From the NCBI GenBank assembly GCA_051546255.1, contig CP128821.1, forward strand, positions 186,001 to 250,000: a DNA stretch of 64,000 bases, read 5' to 3'. Made by a program: the position numbers and the translations under genes. The notes under the pieces are model-generated. The model did no database searches, was not told the origin of the DNA, and saw only the letters and a list, made by a program, of their open reading frames with translations. Below are positions 10,579-19,761 of this stretch, in pieces; position 1 is the first letter of the stretch, and every line of letters begins with the position of its first letter. The DNA comes from Meyerozyma guilliermondii (Eukaryota).

Positions 10579-11985
10579 ATGTCGCAAGGTTGGTATTTGA
10601 CCCTTCTATCTTCGGCATTATGCATATCGGGATGTTTAGTGGTATTTTTGGATGATTTGTACTACCTCTTGTTCCCGAAATTCATCACCAAGAGGTTTCC
10701 TTTTCGTCTTAAGGAGAATTACAAGTTTATGAACGCATCGTTAGCATTTTCCTCAGGTTGCTTGCTTTTTACCGCTTTATATCGGTTGTTGCCTGAAGCT
10801 TTGGCGTACTTGAAGGACACGGACGCTGATGCAAGCACCAAGATGATCTTGAGCTCAACAAGACAGCTTCATATCAAAATGTTCATGGCATATATCGGTG
10901 GCATTATTTTGAGTCTTACATTCAATGCCGTACTTCATATTGCCACCAGCGAGTCAGTGTTCCATTGTAGTGAACACGATCACGACCCAGCAGGCGCAAA
11001 CAATGCGACTCACCAAGATCGTGAATCATTACCCCCACAAACAACAGAAATCAATGAAGACAGTCCTTTACTACCAACACTTCTGAGAAAGAAATCGCTT
11101 TTCCACCTTTTGTCAGCACAGCGTAACGACGAGTGCATTGAGGGCGAATGCAAGGGCTACTCTTCGGCCGAGCTTTGCTTGTTTCACGGCGATAAGAATG
11201 CTAGTCTACACCATTGCGATATTCCTGCCATCTCTCCCAAGTTACTTCCACAAGACGAAAACGGTGCTATCCACATTGACTTGACAGAAACGCTTCCCAT
11301 AAAAGCAAACTCAAAGCATACCCATGGTCATGGCGATATCGAGGCTTCCGCCGATCAACACCACGACCACAATCATGGCCACGATCACGGCAACGACCAT
11401 AGCCACAGCGTCCACAACGACCATAGTCATCACCACGATCACCATCACCATGTCAATTCTGCATTTTCCAAGCTTTTTCTCATTGGTATCCAGACTATCT
11501 TGGCCATTACTCTCCACAAGTTCCCCGAAGGGTTTATCACTTATATCACATCCGCAACCGATCCGCGATTAGGGGTCCTGATCTTTATAAGTCTTCTTTT
11601 CCACAACTTTACCGAGGGGTTTCTGATGTGCTTGCCCTTATACTACCTGTTTGCATCATCTCTGAAGATGCGGCTTGCCAAGTTGAAGGCTGTTACCATC
11701 AGTGCATTTCTAGGTGGTATTTCCCAACCACTTGGTGCTCTTGGAGCAATTCTCTTCTTGCGCCTCAACAATATCACTCCTGGGGATGGCAACTTGGACG
11801 TGGACAAACTTAATCATATACTAGGATTGACTTTGGCTGTGACCAGTGGATTTCTCACTGTAATTGGACTTTCCATGTATGGGTCAGCCGTTGCCTTCAG
11901 CGGTGGCTCACTGCACTTGATAATGGTGTGGTGCTTGGTAGGCATGTCTGTGATTGGAATATCTAGTGTAATATCTGTTGACTAG
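10579..11985 (+). CDS. ZRT3: ZIP-family vacuolar zinc exporter with His-rich loop
   Basis: LLFTALYRLLPEA, His-rich loop (about 11320-11455), ZIP signature LHKFPEG...HNFTEG. Confidence 0.85.
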   Translation: MSQGWYLTLLSSALCISGCLVVFLDDLYYLLFPKFITKRFPFRLKENYKFMNASLAFSSGCLLFTALYRLLPEALAYLKDTDADASTKMILSSTRQLHIKMFMAYIGGIILSLTFNAVLHIATSESVFHCSEHDHDPAGANNATHQDRESLPPQTTEINEDSPLLPTLLRKKSLFHLLSAQRNDECIEGECKGYSSAELCLFHGDKNASLHHCDIPAISPKLLPQDENGAIHIDLTETLPIKANSKHTHGHGDIEASADQHHDHNHGHDHGNDHSHSVHNDHSHHHDHHHHVNSAFSKLFLIGIQTILAITLHKFPEGFITYITSATDPRLGVLIFISLLFHNFTEGFLMCLPLYYLFASSLKMRLAKLKAVTISAFLGGISQPLGALGAILFLRLNNITPGDGNLDVDKLNHILGLTLAVTSGFLTVIGLSMYGSAVAFSGGSLHLIMVWCLVGMSVIGISSVISVD

Positions 11986-12219
11986 TTAGACGGCTGCAAA
12001 TTGAGAAAATATAAGGAGAATAAGTATAAGAAAGAAGTTGAGGAAAGGAAGCTGAAGGAAAACAAGTGTAGGAAAGAAATTGACGGAAAAGGAATTAAAG
12101 GAAAACAAGTTAAAGGAATAGTGCACTAGAATTCCAAGTAATTTCGATTTATCTCGTTGATATAGTTGTATGGAGAGTTCAATAATGAAGATTGGTTTCT
12201 AACTATTTAAATGTAGCCC

Positions 12220-12289
12220 ACTAATTCCATGCATATATTCAAGAAATTGGACTAATTCCATGCATATATTCAAGAAATTGGACTAATTC
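12220..12289. repeat. Perfect 31-bp tandem duplication (about 2.25 copies)
   Basis: ACTAATTCCATGCATATATTCAAGAAATTGG at 12220-12250 and 12251-12281, plus a partial third copy. Confidence 0.95.
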
Positions 12290-12529
12290 TATTACGTATA
12301 CGAAGAATTGACTATCGGAACATGAACAGAAGTCGTCCTTCCCAGTTTTGTCATTGGTATCTTGTAGTGAATCTGGACTTGACTCAGAGCTAAAATCCTG
12401 CATGTTCACCAGCAAGTCCGCGCGTAATTCTGAGCCCGACCCCATGACAGCGCAAATTCAACCATCCTTATTATCGTTATATGCCTCATACAGTACGATA
12501 TCAACCTCAAAGTATAGATCATAAGCAAC

Positions 12530-13330
12530 ATGATGGCACACGAAAGCCCGATACCTGTGCCCCATAACAACAAGAACAATGTTTCTCGTAAACCGGAAAA
12601 GTCAAAAAAGGCTCCCGATGTAAGAATCCTTCCAAGTGGTAATCCAGTTAATTTTGGTCATGGTGGTCCCAAGAAGGGCAAGAAACCGGCAAAGAAAGCA
12701 GTTGAAGATTCGGTTCAAAGTCAAAGCTTACCGAATGGTGAGAAACCTCGGTTTTCAAATGACGCCAAGCCAAGAAAGAAGTCACCAAAGGATTCGAAAG
12801 ATAAAGGACCATCAGAGAACAAAAAGGGCAAGAGACAACTGTCTCCTGCTGCTGTGAAGTCTGAGGAAACTTATGCTGGTTCATCGTTTCACTCGTCACC
12901 AGCAGCGTTGAACTTGCCCAAACCATCGTTCAAGTCTTCTCCTAAAACTGGTCCGGTCACCTTGCCAGCCGGACTGGCCGGCATTGTAGCATCAGGGCCT
13001 GTTCCAGGCTCAGTTCCTTCGGTTTCAGGTTCTGTTCCAGGTTCTGGTCCAATGTATCCAAATGGAATGGTGGGCCCCAACCAAGGAATGCCTCCTATGG
13101 GTGCTGTCATTCCTCCTGGTCCACCGAACATGTACGCTCAACCCGGTTTTTCGTATAGCGTCACACCACAAGGCTATATCAACTACCAATATCCACCATA
13201 TATGCCACACCAACCACCTTACCCCCAGATGGCTCCACCTCAACCTCAGCCCATCCCTGCTGCTCACCCATCACAAACTGAAAATGGTCAGAAGATCACC
13301 TTCAATCAGTTGTTGGGTACGCAGCCATGA
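12530..13330 (+). CDS. Edc1/Edc2/PNRC-like mRNA decapping enhancer (disordered, Pro-rich)
   Basis: YAGSSFHSSPAALNLPKPSF matches the YAG-x-x-F / LPxP decapping-activator (PNRC) motif; two LPxG-x4-F repeats; basic and Pro-rich. Confidence 0.7.
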   Translation: MMAHESPIPVPHNNKNNVSRKPEKSKKAPDVRILPSGNPVNFGHGGPKKGKKPAKKAVEDSVQSQSLPNGEKPRFSNDAKPRKKSPKDSKDKGPSENKKGKRQLSPAAVKSEETYAGSSFHSSPAALNLPKPSFKSSPKTGPVTLPAGLAGIVASGPVPGSVPSVSGSVPGSGPMYPNGMVGPNQGMPPMGAVIPPGPPNMYAQPGFSYSVTPQGYINYQYPPYMPHQPPYPQMAPPQPQPIPAAHPSQTENGQKITFNQLLGTQP

Positions 13331-13363
13331 ACAAGAGCTGCTGTAGTGTCGTCACCAACATCC

Positions 13364-13457
13364 ACATCACGATGCAACATCATCGTGATCTGATTCACAT
13401 CACGATCTCATTACATCGTGATCTCATTACATCGTGATCTCACATCATGATCTCATT
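13364..13457. repeat. Degenerate 14-17-bp minisatellite (ACATCGTGATCTCATT) upstream of ZRC1
   Basis: Five to six imperfect copies of ACATC(G/A)(T/C)GATCTCATT. Confidence 0.85.
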
Positions 13458-13791
13458 CTGATCCCATCTACTGACTCACCTTAAATTAGGTGAAAAACTT
13501 AACTCCGCCGTCAACATCGCGATGCGAGACCTACAGCACGTTCAGCATTGTTCTACTTATTTTTCATTATCACCCTTTCCCCCAACCGTGGCTTAGCTGC
13601 TCGCCGCTTCTCGCTAGCGCTGAGCCTTCCCCCATTCATCTTCATCCTCAAGAACATCTCTTCTTCTACCTACTCAATACACGCCTATTGTTCTTGTACT
13701 ATAGTAGTTATGCATGGGTGTTTGGATTTGTGGCTTACTTACCCGAAGCGCAAAACATGCACGGTTTACCTATTTTTCTTTTCTTACAACG

Positions 13792-14997
13792 ATGGTGTCA
13801 AGTAAGGAGATCAGAATCGGTGCTCTTCTAGCCTTGGACACGGTGTTCTTCCTCTTGGAAGTTATCGTGGGTTATTCTGTTGGTTCGTTGGCTCTTATCG
13901 CTGATTCTTTTCACATGCTCAATGACATAATTTCGTTGATTATTGCGTTGTGGGCGGTTCGGGTGAAGAATAACAAACCGGCTGATGGTCGTTATACTTA
14001 TGGATGGCAACGAGCTGAAATCTTGGGTGCGCTTATCAATGCGGTGTTTTTGTTAGCTTTGTGTTTCACCATCATCATTGAGGCGATTCAGCGCTTTGTT
14101 AGCCCTCCAGAAATCAGTCTGCCAAAGCTTGTTTTGGGAGTTGGAATTGCTGGGTTGCTCAGTAATATTCTTGGTTTGGTGTTGTTTCACGAACATGGTC
14201 ACTCACACAGCCATGGATCGCCTGGACGCGACGTTGAAAGTGGTGAACATAGCCATAGCCATGGCGATGAAGAGGCGGTTTCAAGACAAGAATCCGAAGC
14301 CGATTTGCGGTCTTACTTCCCAGACAATGTTGTGAGACACTACAGTGAAAGCACGCCTTTGATTAATGAAGATCACGCCAAGCTGCACAAAAAGAAGAAG
14401 AAGTCGATGAATATGGAAGGTGTATTCCTTCATGTTTTGGGAGATGCCTTGGGAAATGTTGGTGTTATTATCACGGCACTTTTCATCTGGAAAACAAACT
14501 ACTCGTGGAGATTTTATTCCGATCCACTTGTTTCCCTTGTGATCACTGCTATTATCTTTTCCTCCGCATTACCCTTGTGTCGCCGGTCTTCCAAAATCCT
14601 CTTGCAGGCAACTCCCACTGATGTTAACTCCAATCTCGTGGTTGAAAAGATCGTCAGCTTGCCGTGTGTCAAGTCTATTCATGATTTCCACGTGTGGAAT
14701 TTGAATGAAGATATTTTAATTGCTTCTTTGCATTTGGAGCTCAACGACACCGAAACGGAAAATCTTTCAAATGAAGAACAACAAATCAACAAACCAGCAT
14801 TCGTACAGGCGGTGGCCCAAGTACGTGAAATCCTTCATGCTTATGGCATTCACAGTGCTACCATACAGCCCGAGTTTTCCGATTTGAGGACGGGACAACA
14901 GGCATTAACCAAACGACCAAGTGCGTACGGAGCCACCAATAAATCGAGCTGTGTGCTTGATGATGTTTCTGGGTGTGATCCAGACTGCTTAAAGTGA
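13792..14997 (+). CDS. ZRC1: CDF-family vacuolar zinc/cobalt importer
   Basis: From ATG 13792: SLALIADSFHMLND, YTYGWQRAEILGALIN, His-rich loop, NMEGVFLHVLGDALGN, HDFHVW, HSATIQPEF (Zrc1/Cot1). Confidence 0.92.
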   Translation: MVSSKEIRIGALLALDTVFFLLEVIVGYSVGSLALIADSFHMLNDIISLIIALWAVRVKNNKPADGRYTYGWQRAEILGALINAVFLLALCFTIIIEAIQRFVSPPEISLPKLVLGVGIAGLLSNILGLVLFHEHGHSHSHGSPGRDVESGEHSHSHGDEEAVSRQESEADLRSYFPDNVVRHYSESTPLINEDHAKLHKKKKKSMNMEGVFLHVLGDALGNVGVIITALFIWKTNYSWRFYSDPLVSLVITAIIFSSALPLCRRSSKILLQATPTDVNSNLVVEKIVSLPCVKSIHDFHVWNLNEDILIASLHLELNDTETENLSNEEQQINKPAFVQAVAQVREILHAYGIHSATIQPEFSDLRTGQQALTKRPSAYGATNKSSCVLDDVSGCDPDCLK

Positions 14998-15168
14998 GAT
15001 TACAGTTGTCAATGGATATTAATATACATAGTGGTACGACAGTAGACCGTTAAACCGTTTGACGCTAAGTGATATAGAGACAGGTTAATAGTACAGTTTT
15101 TCAAAGTGGTCCCAATGGGTCTCTCCATCTCTTCATCGCTCGTTGCTTATCGCTTCGCTTAATGCTCC

Positions 15169-16107
15169 CTAACTTATCACACAGTCATCAGACTGCTTCT
15201 TTGGGTGGTTCCATCCTACTAAAGCAGGAGGCTTACCCTTTGTGGGACCGTACTTATTCTTTTTGATCTTCTTTGCACTTTTTGATTTTGAGATGTTGGT
15301 GGTTTCTGGCACGAAGGAATTGAGTAAATCATAAGAGGTATCTTCGTCGGAATCTTCGTCAATGACGGTGGGTTTGGAGGTACCCATGGTATAGGTAGCA
15401 ATTGAAGATTGTTCCACTGAAGTAAAAGACGACGAATCGTCTCGAGAATGCAGTAAGGAAAGACGGGAGGTAATGGTGGATTGTTCGCTGATGCTTAGTT
15501 TGTGAACATGAGGATGAGTTTCCGGGACGAATGTGGAAGCTGGGTCTTTGGCATAGTATACCAAGCTGGAAGCAACTGTGGAATAAAATCGGAGCCAGAT
15601 GATTTCGATTTCTGTGGTGAACACATTCCTGCCCAAAATGTCAAGTATAGTCGATGTCAATGCCTCGCCCACAAGAATGTAGGCACTCTCCTCAAGATTC
15701 CAGATCCTTGCATTCACTTTGCTGACTTGAACGAGAACATCCATAGAGGTGATGCTTGGTTGGGTCAAATTGTCAAGCATGAATGTGAGGAGTTTGAACA
15801 TGGATACTAGTTGGAACTTTGTAATCACGGCGTCACTTTTGTCAAGTAACGATGAACTTTCTGAAAATCTGGGTGTTTCCATATCGACAACATGGGTGGA
15901 CCACATTTTGATGAACGCATCGGCTTTGATATCGTCGATGGTTTTTGTGTTTCTTGTGGTTTTGCAAGACAGCAATGGCCGATTATGACTTTTGATTTGA
16001 TCTGGTTTCACGGTTTCGGTTTTGAATAGTCGTAATGAGCTCCATAATCGACGAAGATGGATTATTTCACCACTGGTGAAATCCATAGTTGGGAGATCAA
16101 AAACCAT
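15169..16107 (-). CDS. Degenerate globin-domain protein with C-terminal polybasic region and CaaX box (CVIS)
   Basis: Helix-A-like EIIHLRRLW; G/H-helix pattern AYILVGEALTSTI...FTTEIEIIWLRFYSTVASSL; Ser-rich tail; ends KKQSDDCVIS*. Confidence 0.65.
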   Translation of the reverse strand: MVFDLPTMDFTSGEIIHLRRLWSSLRLFKTETVKPDQIKSHNRPLLSCKTTRNTKTIDDIKADAFIKMWSTHVVDMETPRFSESSSLLDKSDAVITKFQLVSMFKLLTFMLDNLTQPSITSMDVLVQVSKVNARIWNLEESAYILVGEALTSTILDILGRNVFTTEIEIIWLRFYSTVASSLVYYAKDPASTFVPETHPHVHKLSISEQSTITSRLSLLHSRDDSSSFTSVEQSSIATYTMGTSKPTVIDEDSDEDTSYDLLNSFVPETTNISKSKSAKKIKKNKYGPTKGKPPALVGWNHPKKQSDDCVIS

Positions 16108-16922
16108 AATGTGAAGGGTCTGATCACGCCTCTAATAAATCAATGATTGCCGCGTATTATTACGTTGATCTGGTCGCCTTACGTCGGCAAAAGTAGCCAA
16201 ATTCGAGACGAAAAGTTTAATTTGTTGAGTTTCAAATGAAGTGAATGACCTAAATAGTAAACTTTGAGTAAGACCAAATTCTCACTTCGTAAAGTAAATG
16301 ACCTTCGTTGTTGAGAAATGACGGCCAGCGGCAGTATATTATCCGAATAAGAAATGATCGCCCGAGAAATAAGTGCCGATGCTTTTGTAAAGGAACAGAA
16401 TTTTGGGCATTCAAATTATGCTAACAATAGCGTCTATGCAAAATCATGCATCAGTTCTAATGATTGGCTGCACGTTCTTAATCGTGCATGAGAATGCAGC
16501 AGTCACTGAGGGGTCAACTTGAGGCGATGGTTGCCCAATTCTTCTGGAAGGTTGGAAATGGCTAGTCACGACGAAGCTACAACAACCAGACACAATGTAG
16601 ATATATAGAGTCTTCGATTTTTAGAAAAGCACTCAATTTGGAGCATCTGGTGGTACGTTTGACACCTGCAGCAAATCGCGAAACATCTCGCTGCAGATAA
16701 TTATACCCCATTGGGAAAGAGGAGATTGCTTGGATAGGAAATAATGTGAGGAGAATACGAAGCGAAGAAACGAGAGCAAAGCGAAAGCAGAGAAGAGACG
16801 ACCAAAACGAATGCAAAGAATATGAGCAAAGAACATGAGCAAGTTAGAGAAGGAAATACAGCTTCTAATATATTATTCGTTTCTAGTCTGAATTACTGTA
16901 GTTTGTAATTACTGTAATTGCT

Positions 16923-16952
16923 GTGGTATTCATGTGGTATTCATGTGGTATT
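16923..16952. repeat. 11-bp tandem repeat (GTGGTATTCAT, about 2.7 copies)
   Basis: gtggtattcat gtggtattcat gtggtatt read directly. Confidence 0.85.
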
Positions 16953-17044
16953 AATTATATAGGTAACCAGCCAGTGGTCCATGCAAATGACGAGCGTCTC
17001 GATGTGGGTTCACCTCACAATCATGCTCGGTTGCCTGAAGGCAT

Positions 17045-19240
17045 CTACGCAGGAATCCTGCGGATAGGTTTTTGCGGCAACAACACATTGTAAGGAACAC
17101 TAGACACGTTATATCTCTGGCGGTTTTTGGCACCTCTGGTTCTCGAGGTTTCACTGGAGCCTCTCTTGGACAAGAATGAGAACCCAGACATAGTAGAGTC
17201 TTCAGAACCTGCAGACATCATTGACGCCAAGTCGTCAACCGAGGCAGAAGTCAAAGATGAGTCCTTCTTTTTTGACTTGAACATTTTGGAAAATCTCGAT
17301 TTAAGTGACTTCTTCTCGGCCATCATAGATCCACGAGATGTAGACAACAGCGCGGAGCTGGCATTAAGTACAGGCAGTGATCTGGTGGGGTATTTTGTGG
17401 TACCCACGTTCTTGGCACTGGATCCATTGTTGGTGCCCAAAGTAGTCAGTGAATGCACACGCGATTGCAAATCACTGCTGCTAAAGCTCTGTAACCGAAC
17501 TGCATGGCTTGTACGCGAACCATTGTGGGACATATTTCCATAAGGATTCGACGATGAAACCGCAGCAGGAATGGTAGGAGGCTTGGCCAAATCGACGTGT
17601 TCGGGTTGGTTGTAGCCCAATTGCTCCATTTCCTTTTTCAACACAAAGCTGCTTCTCATAAACCCGAGCGACACTCTTTGTCTCATTTGGGTGGAATCCT
17701 GGTGTTTTGGAAGACTCAACAACGAAGGAGTTGGCGAGAGCATGGCCTTGGCGGAAGGCATATTGGCACTGGACAAAAGCTTGGGGCTGGTAGAAGGCAC
17801 ACTGACATCGGTAAAGTCGCTAGCCATGGAAGACTGCTGTCTGTGGTTGCTCTTGTGTGATCTCATTGGAGGACTGGACGACGAGCCGATCGAAGAACGG
17901 AAATCGCTGTTGTGCAACGACAACGTAGAAACCCCAGAGCTCACCTCGTCCATGTCACTGGACGACTTGTCAGCAAGACTGTCACCGTAGTTTGAAGAAC
18001 TGTTGTCTTCGTCGCTGGCATATCTCGAAGAAGCAGCATCGTCATCAAAGTCTCCTTCGACAATTGGTGCCAATCCCTTGATTCCAAAACTGGTGTGGTC
18101 GAAGCGGCTGGCTTTTGGCTCCACTGGAGTCTCAGGCAACGCCTTCTCTTCTTCGCGGTTGGCTGTAAATAACGGAGCAACGTCCTCTTCAGATTCAACT
18201 TCGCTGCTGGGACTTCTGGACTTTCTGCGACTGGTTTGGCGTGGGTCGAATCCAAAGCTCTTGTCGGACTCGGCAAAGTCGTCGTCCTTGTCAAAAGCGT
18301 CGGTGATCACCCGAGGTGCTCTGGCAAAACCCATCTTGCGGGCATCTGGCTGCTCGATAGGTGCCACTGGAGCTTCCTCAGCAACTGGAGAAATCTCCTC
18401 CTGCGCTGGTGGCTCCACAGACTCGCGCTTAATGTCGATAGAAGGTCTCCTGGAAGAACGAGGAGTAAGCATTGGCTCGGCATCTGACTCGGGAGAACGT
18501 CTTCTGCGACTGCGGCGTCTTGGGTCAAACTTCTCGTCGTCGCTATTGTCGCTGGTGCTCTCAGAGACCGAGCGAATACTACCTCTGATACTGGGAGCTG
18601 GGGTAGATGTGGGGGTGGAAAAAGTGGTAGGAACCTTGATCGCAATTGGTTCAGGACACAGCTGGTCGTTTCTTCTAAATCCACGGTATTTGTCATTGGA
18701 AGAAATTTGAAACTCGATGGTGTTGGTCCTGTCGAGCAAAGAAGTGGTTTGTGGAGCATCGGTGGGAGTAGATGGAGCATCGTCAACGTCGCTGTCATCC
18801 TCAGAGAATTGCAACAAGGAGTTTGCAATATAAATATACAACTGGATCCATTTGCTTTCAAGATCACTGTCGAATTTGCCCTTTCCAAGCCATTGGCGGA
18901 AAGTTTGAATGAGAGCAACACCCATTGGTTCGAGATAGTGCACAGCAACATCAACCATATTCAAGTGTTCTCTGAAAAATTGATTCATAAATCTGTCTAA
19001 CGTGGGGATCTCATCCAAGTACACTACTCCCATGTTCAACAAGTCTCCAAATAACGTGGATTGCTCTCTGACAATACTGTCGCTGTAAAACACAGACTTG
19101 AGTTCAGCATTACCAGCAATCAAATTGGCAAAAAGCCTTGAGATAAATTGGTCTTTGTGGTATCGGTTGTTGGTCTGCAAGTCAGCCCATGAGTTTCTGA
19201 TGCGATTGACATCGCTTTCGGCGAGTTGTAACAGGGTCAT
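17045..19240 (-). CDS. N-terminal globin domain plus about 580-aa Ser/acidic disordered tail (fungal YNL234W-like globin family)
   Basis: DVNRIRNSW (A helix), FISRLFANLI (B), LKSVF (CD), REQSTLF (E), FFREH (putative proximal His), MGVALIQTF...WIQLYIYIANSLLQF (G/H). Confidence 0.75.
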   Translation of the reverse strand: MTLLQLAESDVNRIRNSWADLQTNNRYHKDQFISRLFANLIAGNAELKSVFYSDSIVREQSTLFGDLLNMGVVYLDEIPTLDRFMNQFFREHLNMVDVAVHYLEPMGVALIQTFRQWLGKGKFDSDLESKWIQLYIYIANSLLQFSEDDSDVDDAPSTPTDAPQTTSLLDRTNTIEFQISSNDKYRGFRRNDQLCPEPIAIKVPTTFSTPTSTPAPSIRGSIRSVSESTSDNSDDEKFDPRRRSRRRRSPESDAEPMLTPRSSRRPSIDIKRESVEPPAQEEISPVAEEAPVAPIEQPDARKMGFARAPRVITDAFDKDDDFAESDKSFGFDPRQTSRRKSRSPSSEVESEEDVAPLFTANREEEKALPETPVEPKASRFDHTSFGIKGLAPIVEGDFDDDAASSRYASDEDNSSSNYGDSLADKSSSDMDEVSSGVSTLSLHNSDFRSSIGSSSSPPMRSHKSNHRQQSSMASDFTDVSVPSTSPKLLSSANMPSAKAMLSPTPSLLSLPKHQDSTQMRQRVSLGFMRSSFVLKKEMEQLGYNQPEHVDLAKPPTIPAAVSSSNPYGNMSHNGSRTSHAVRLQSFSSSDLQSRVHSLTTLGTNNGSSAKNVGTTKYPTRSLPVLNASSALLSTSRGSMMAEKKSLKSRFSKMFKSKKKDSSLTSASVDDLASMMSAGSEDSTMSGFSFLSKRGSSETSRTRGAKNRQRYNVSSVPYNVLLPQKPIRRIPA

Positions 19241-19651
19241 GGCCAGTACAATTTTTCACAATAGTTTTCAAATGTATCGGTGAAGCCAAAAATTTGACAA
19301 CCAACTGGCTTTATATTATGAATTATCCTTTTGCAGTTGGGGTAGTCATGATGTTTCTCGATCCGGTAACTTTTGCAACATAAAATTTCCAATCCGGGGA
19401 ATCAACTTTTGAATTTATGGTTTATTCCTGCTTTAGGCAACTGTGTCCCATCCTCTGCACCCGTACTGACTGCAGCATCCCGCTTTTTCCTGCATGATCC
19501 ATTAATTAATATTCCGGTTTAGGAAAGTTAATTGTCTACTATCCTTTCCTCATTTGGAAATGAGATGGGCAGGGGCTTCGTGGCTACGAAAGTTGGGTTT
19601 GGACACTCATACTGCATGATGGCGCACGAGTGGCTTGGGAAGGTGAAGAGT

Positions 19652-19665
19652 TTTTCACGTGAAAA
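19652..19665. promoter_or_regulatory. Palindromic ICRE/UAS-INO-like E-box (TTTTCACGTGAAAA)
   Basis: 14-bp perfect palindrome matching WYTTCAYRTG on both strands, about 410 bp upstream of the large globin gene. Confidence 0.45.
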
Positions 19666-19761
19666 GATGGAGGGGGGTTGTCCGCTGATATCGAAGGTTT
19701 ATCGTCGCTGACGTAATATTGATTAACTATTGCAAAAAAAAAATCCAATCTATAGAACGAC

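Noticed and set aside
12220..13457. Short repeats as CRISPR, LTR or transposon ends
   Set aside because: Eukaryotic context; head-to-tail repeats without unique spacers; no TG...CA LTR pair, TIRs or transposase/RT ORF.
18003..18954. 235-aa antisense and 215-aa alternate-frame ORFs inside the large globin gene
   Set aside because: Shadow ORFs of a low-complexity Ser/Arg-rich CDS with no recognisable motifs.
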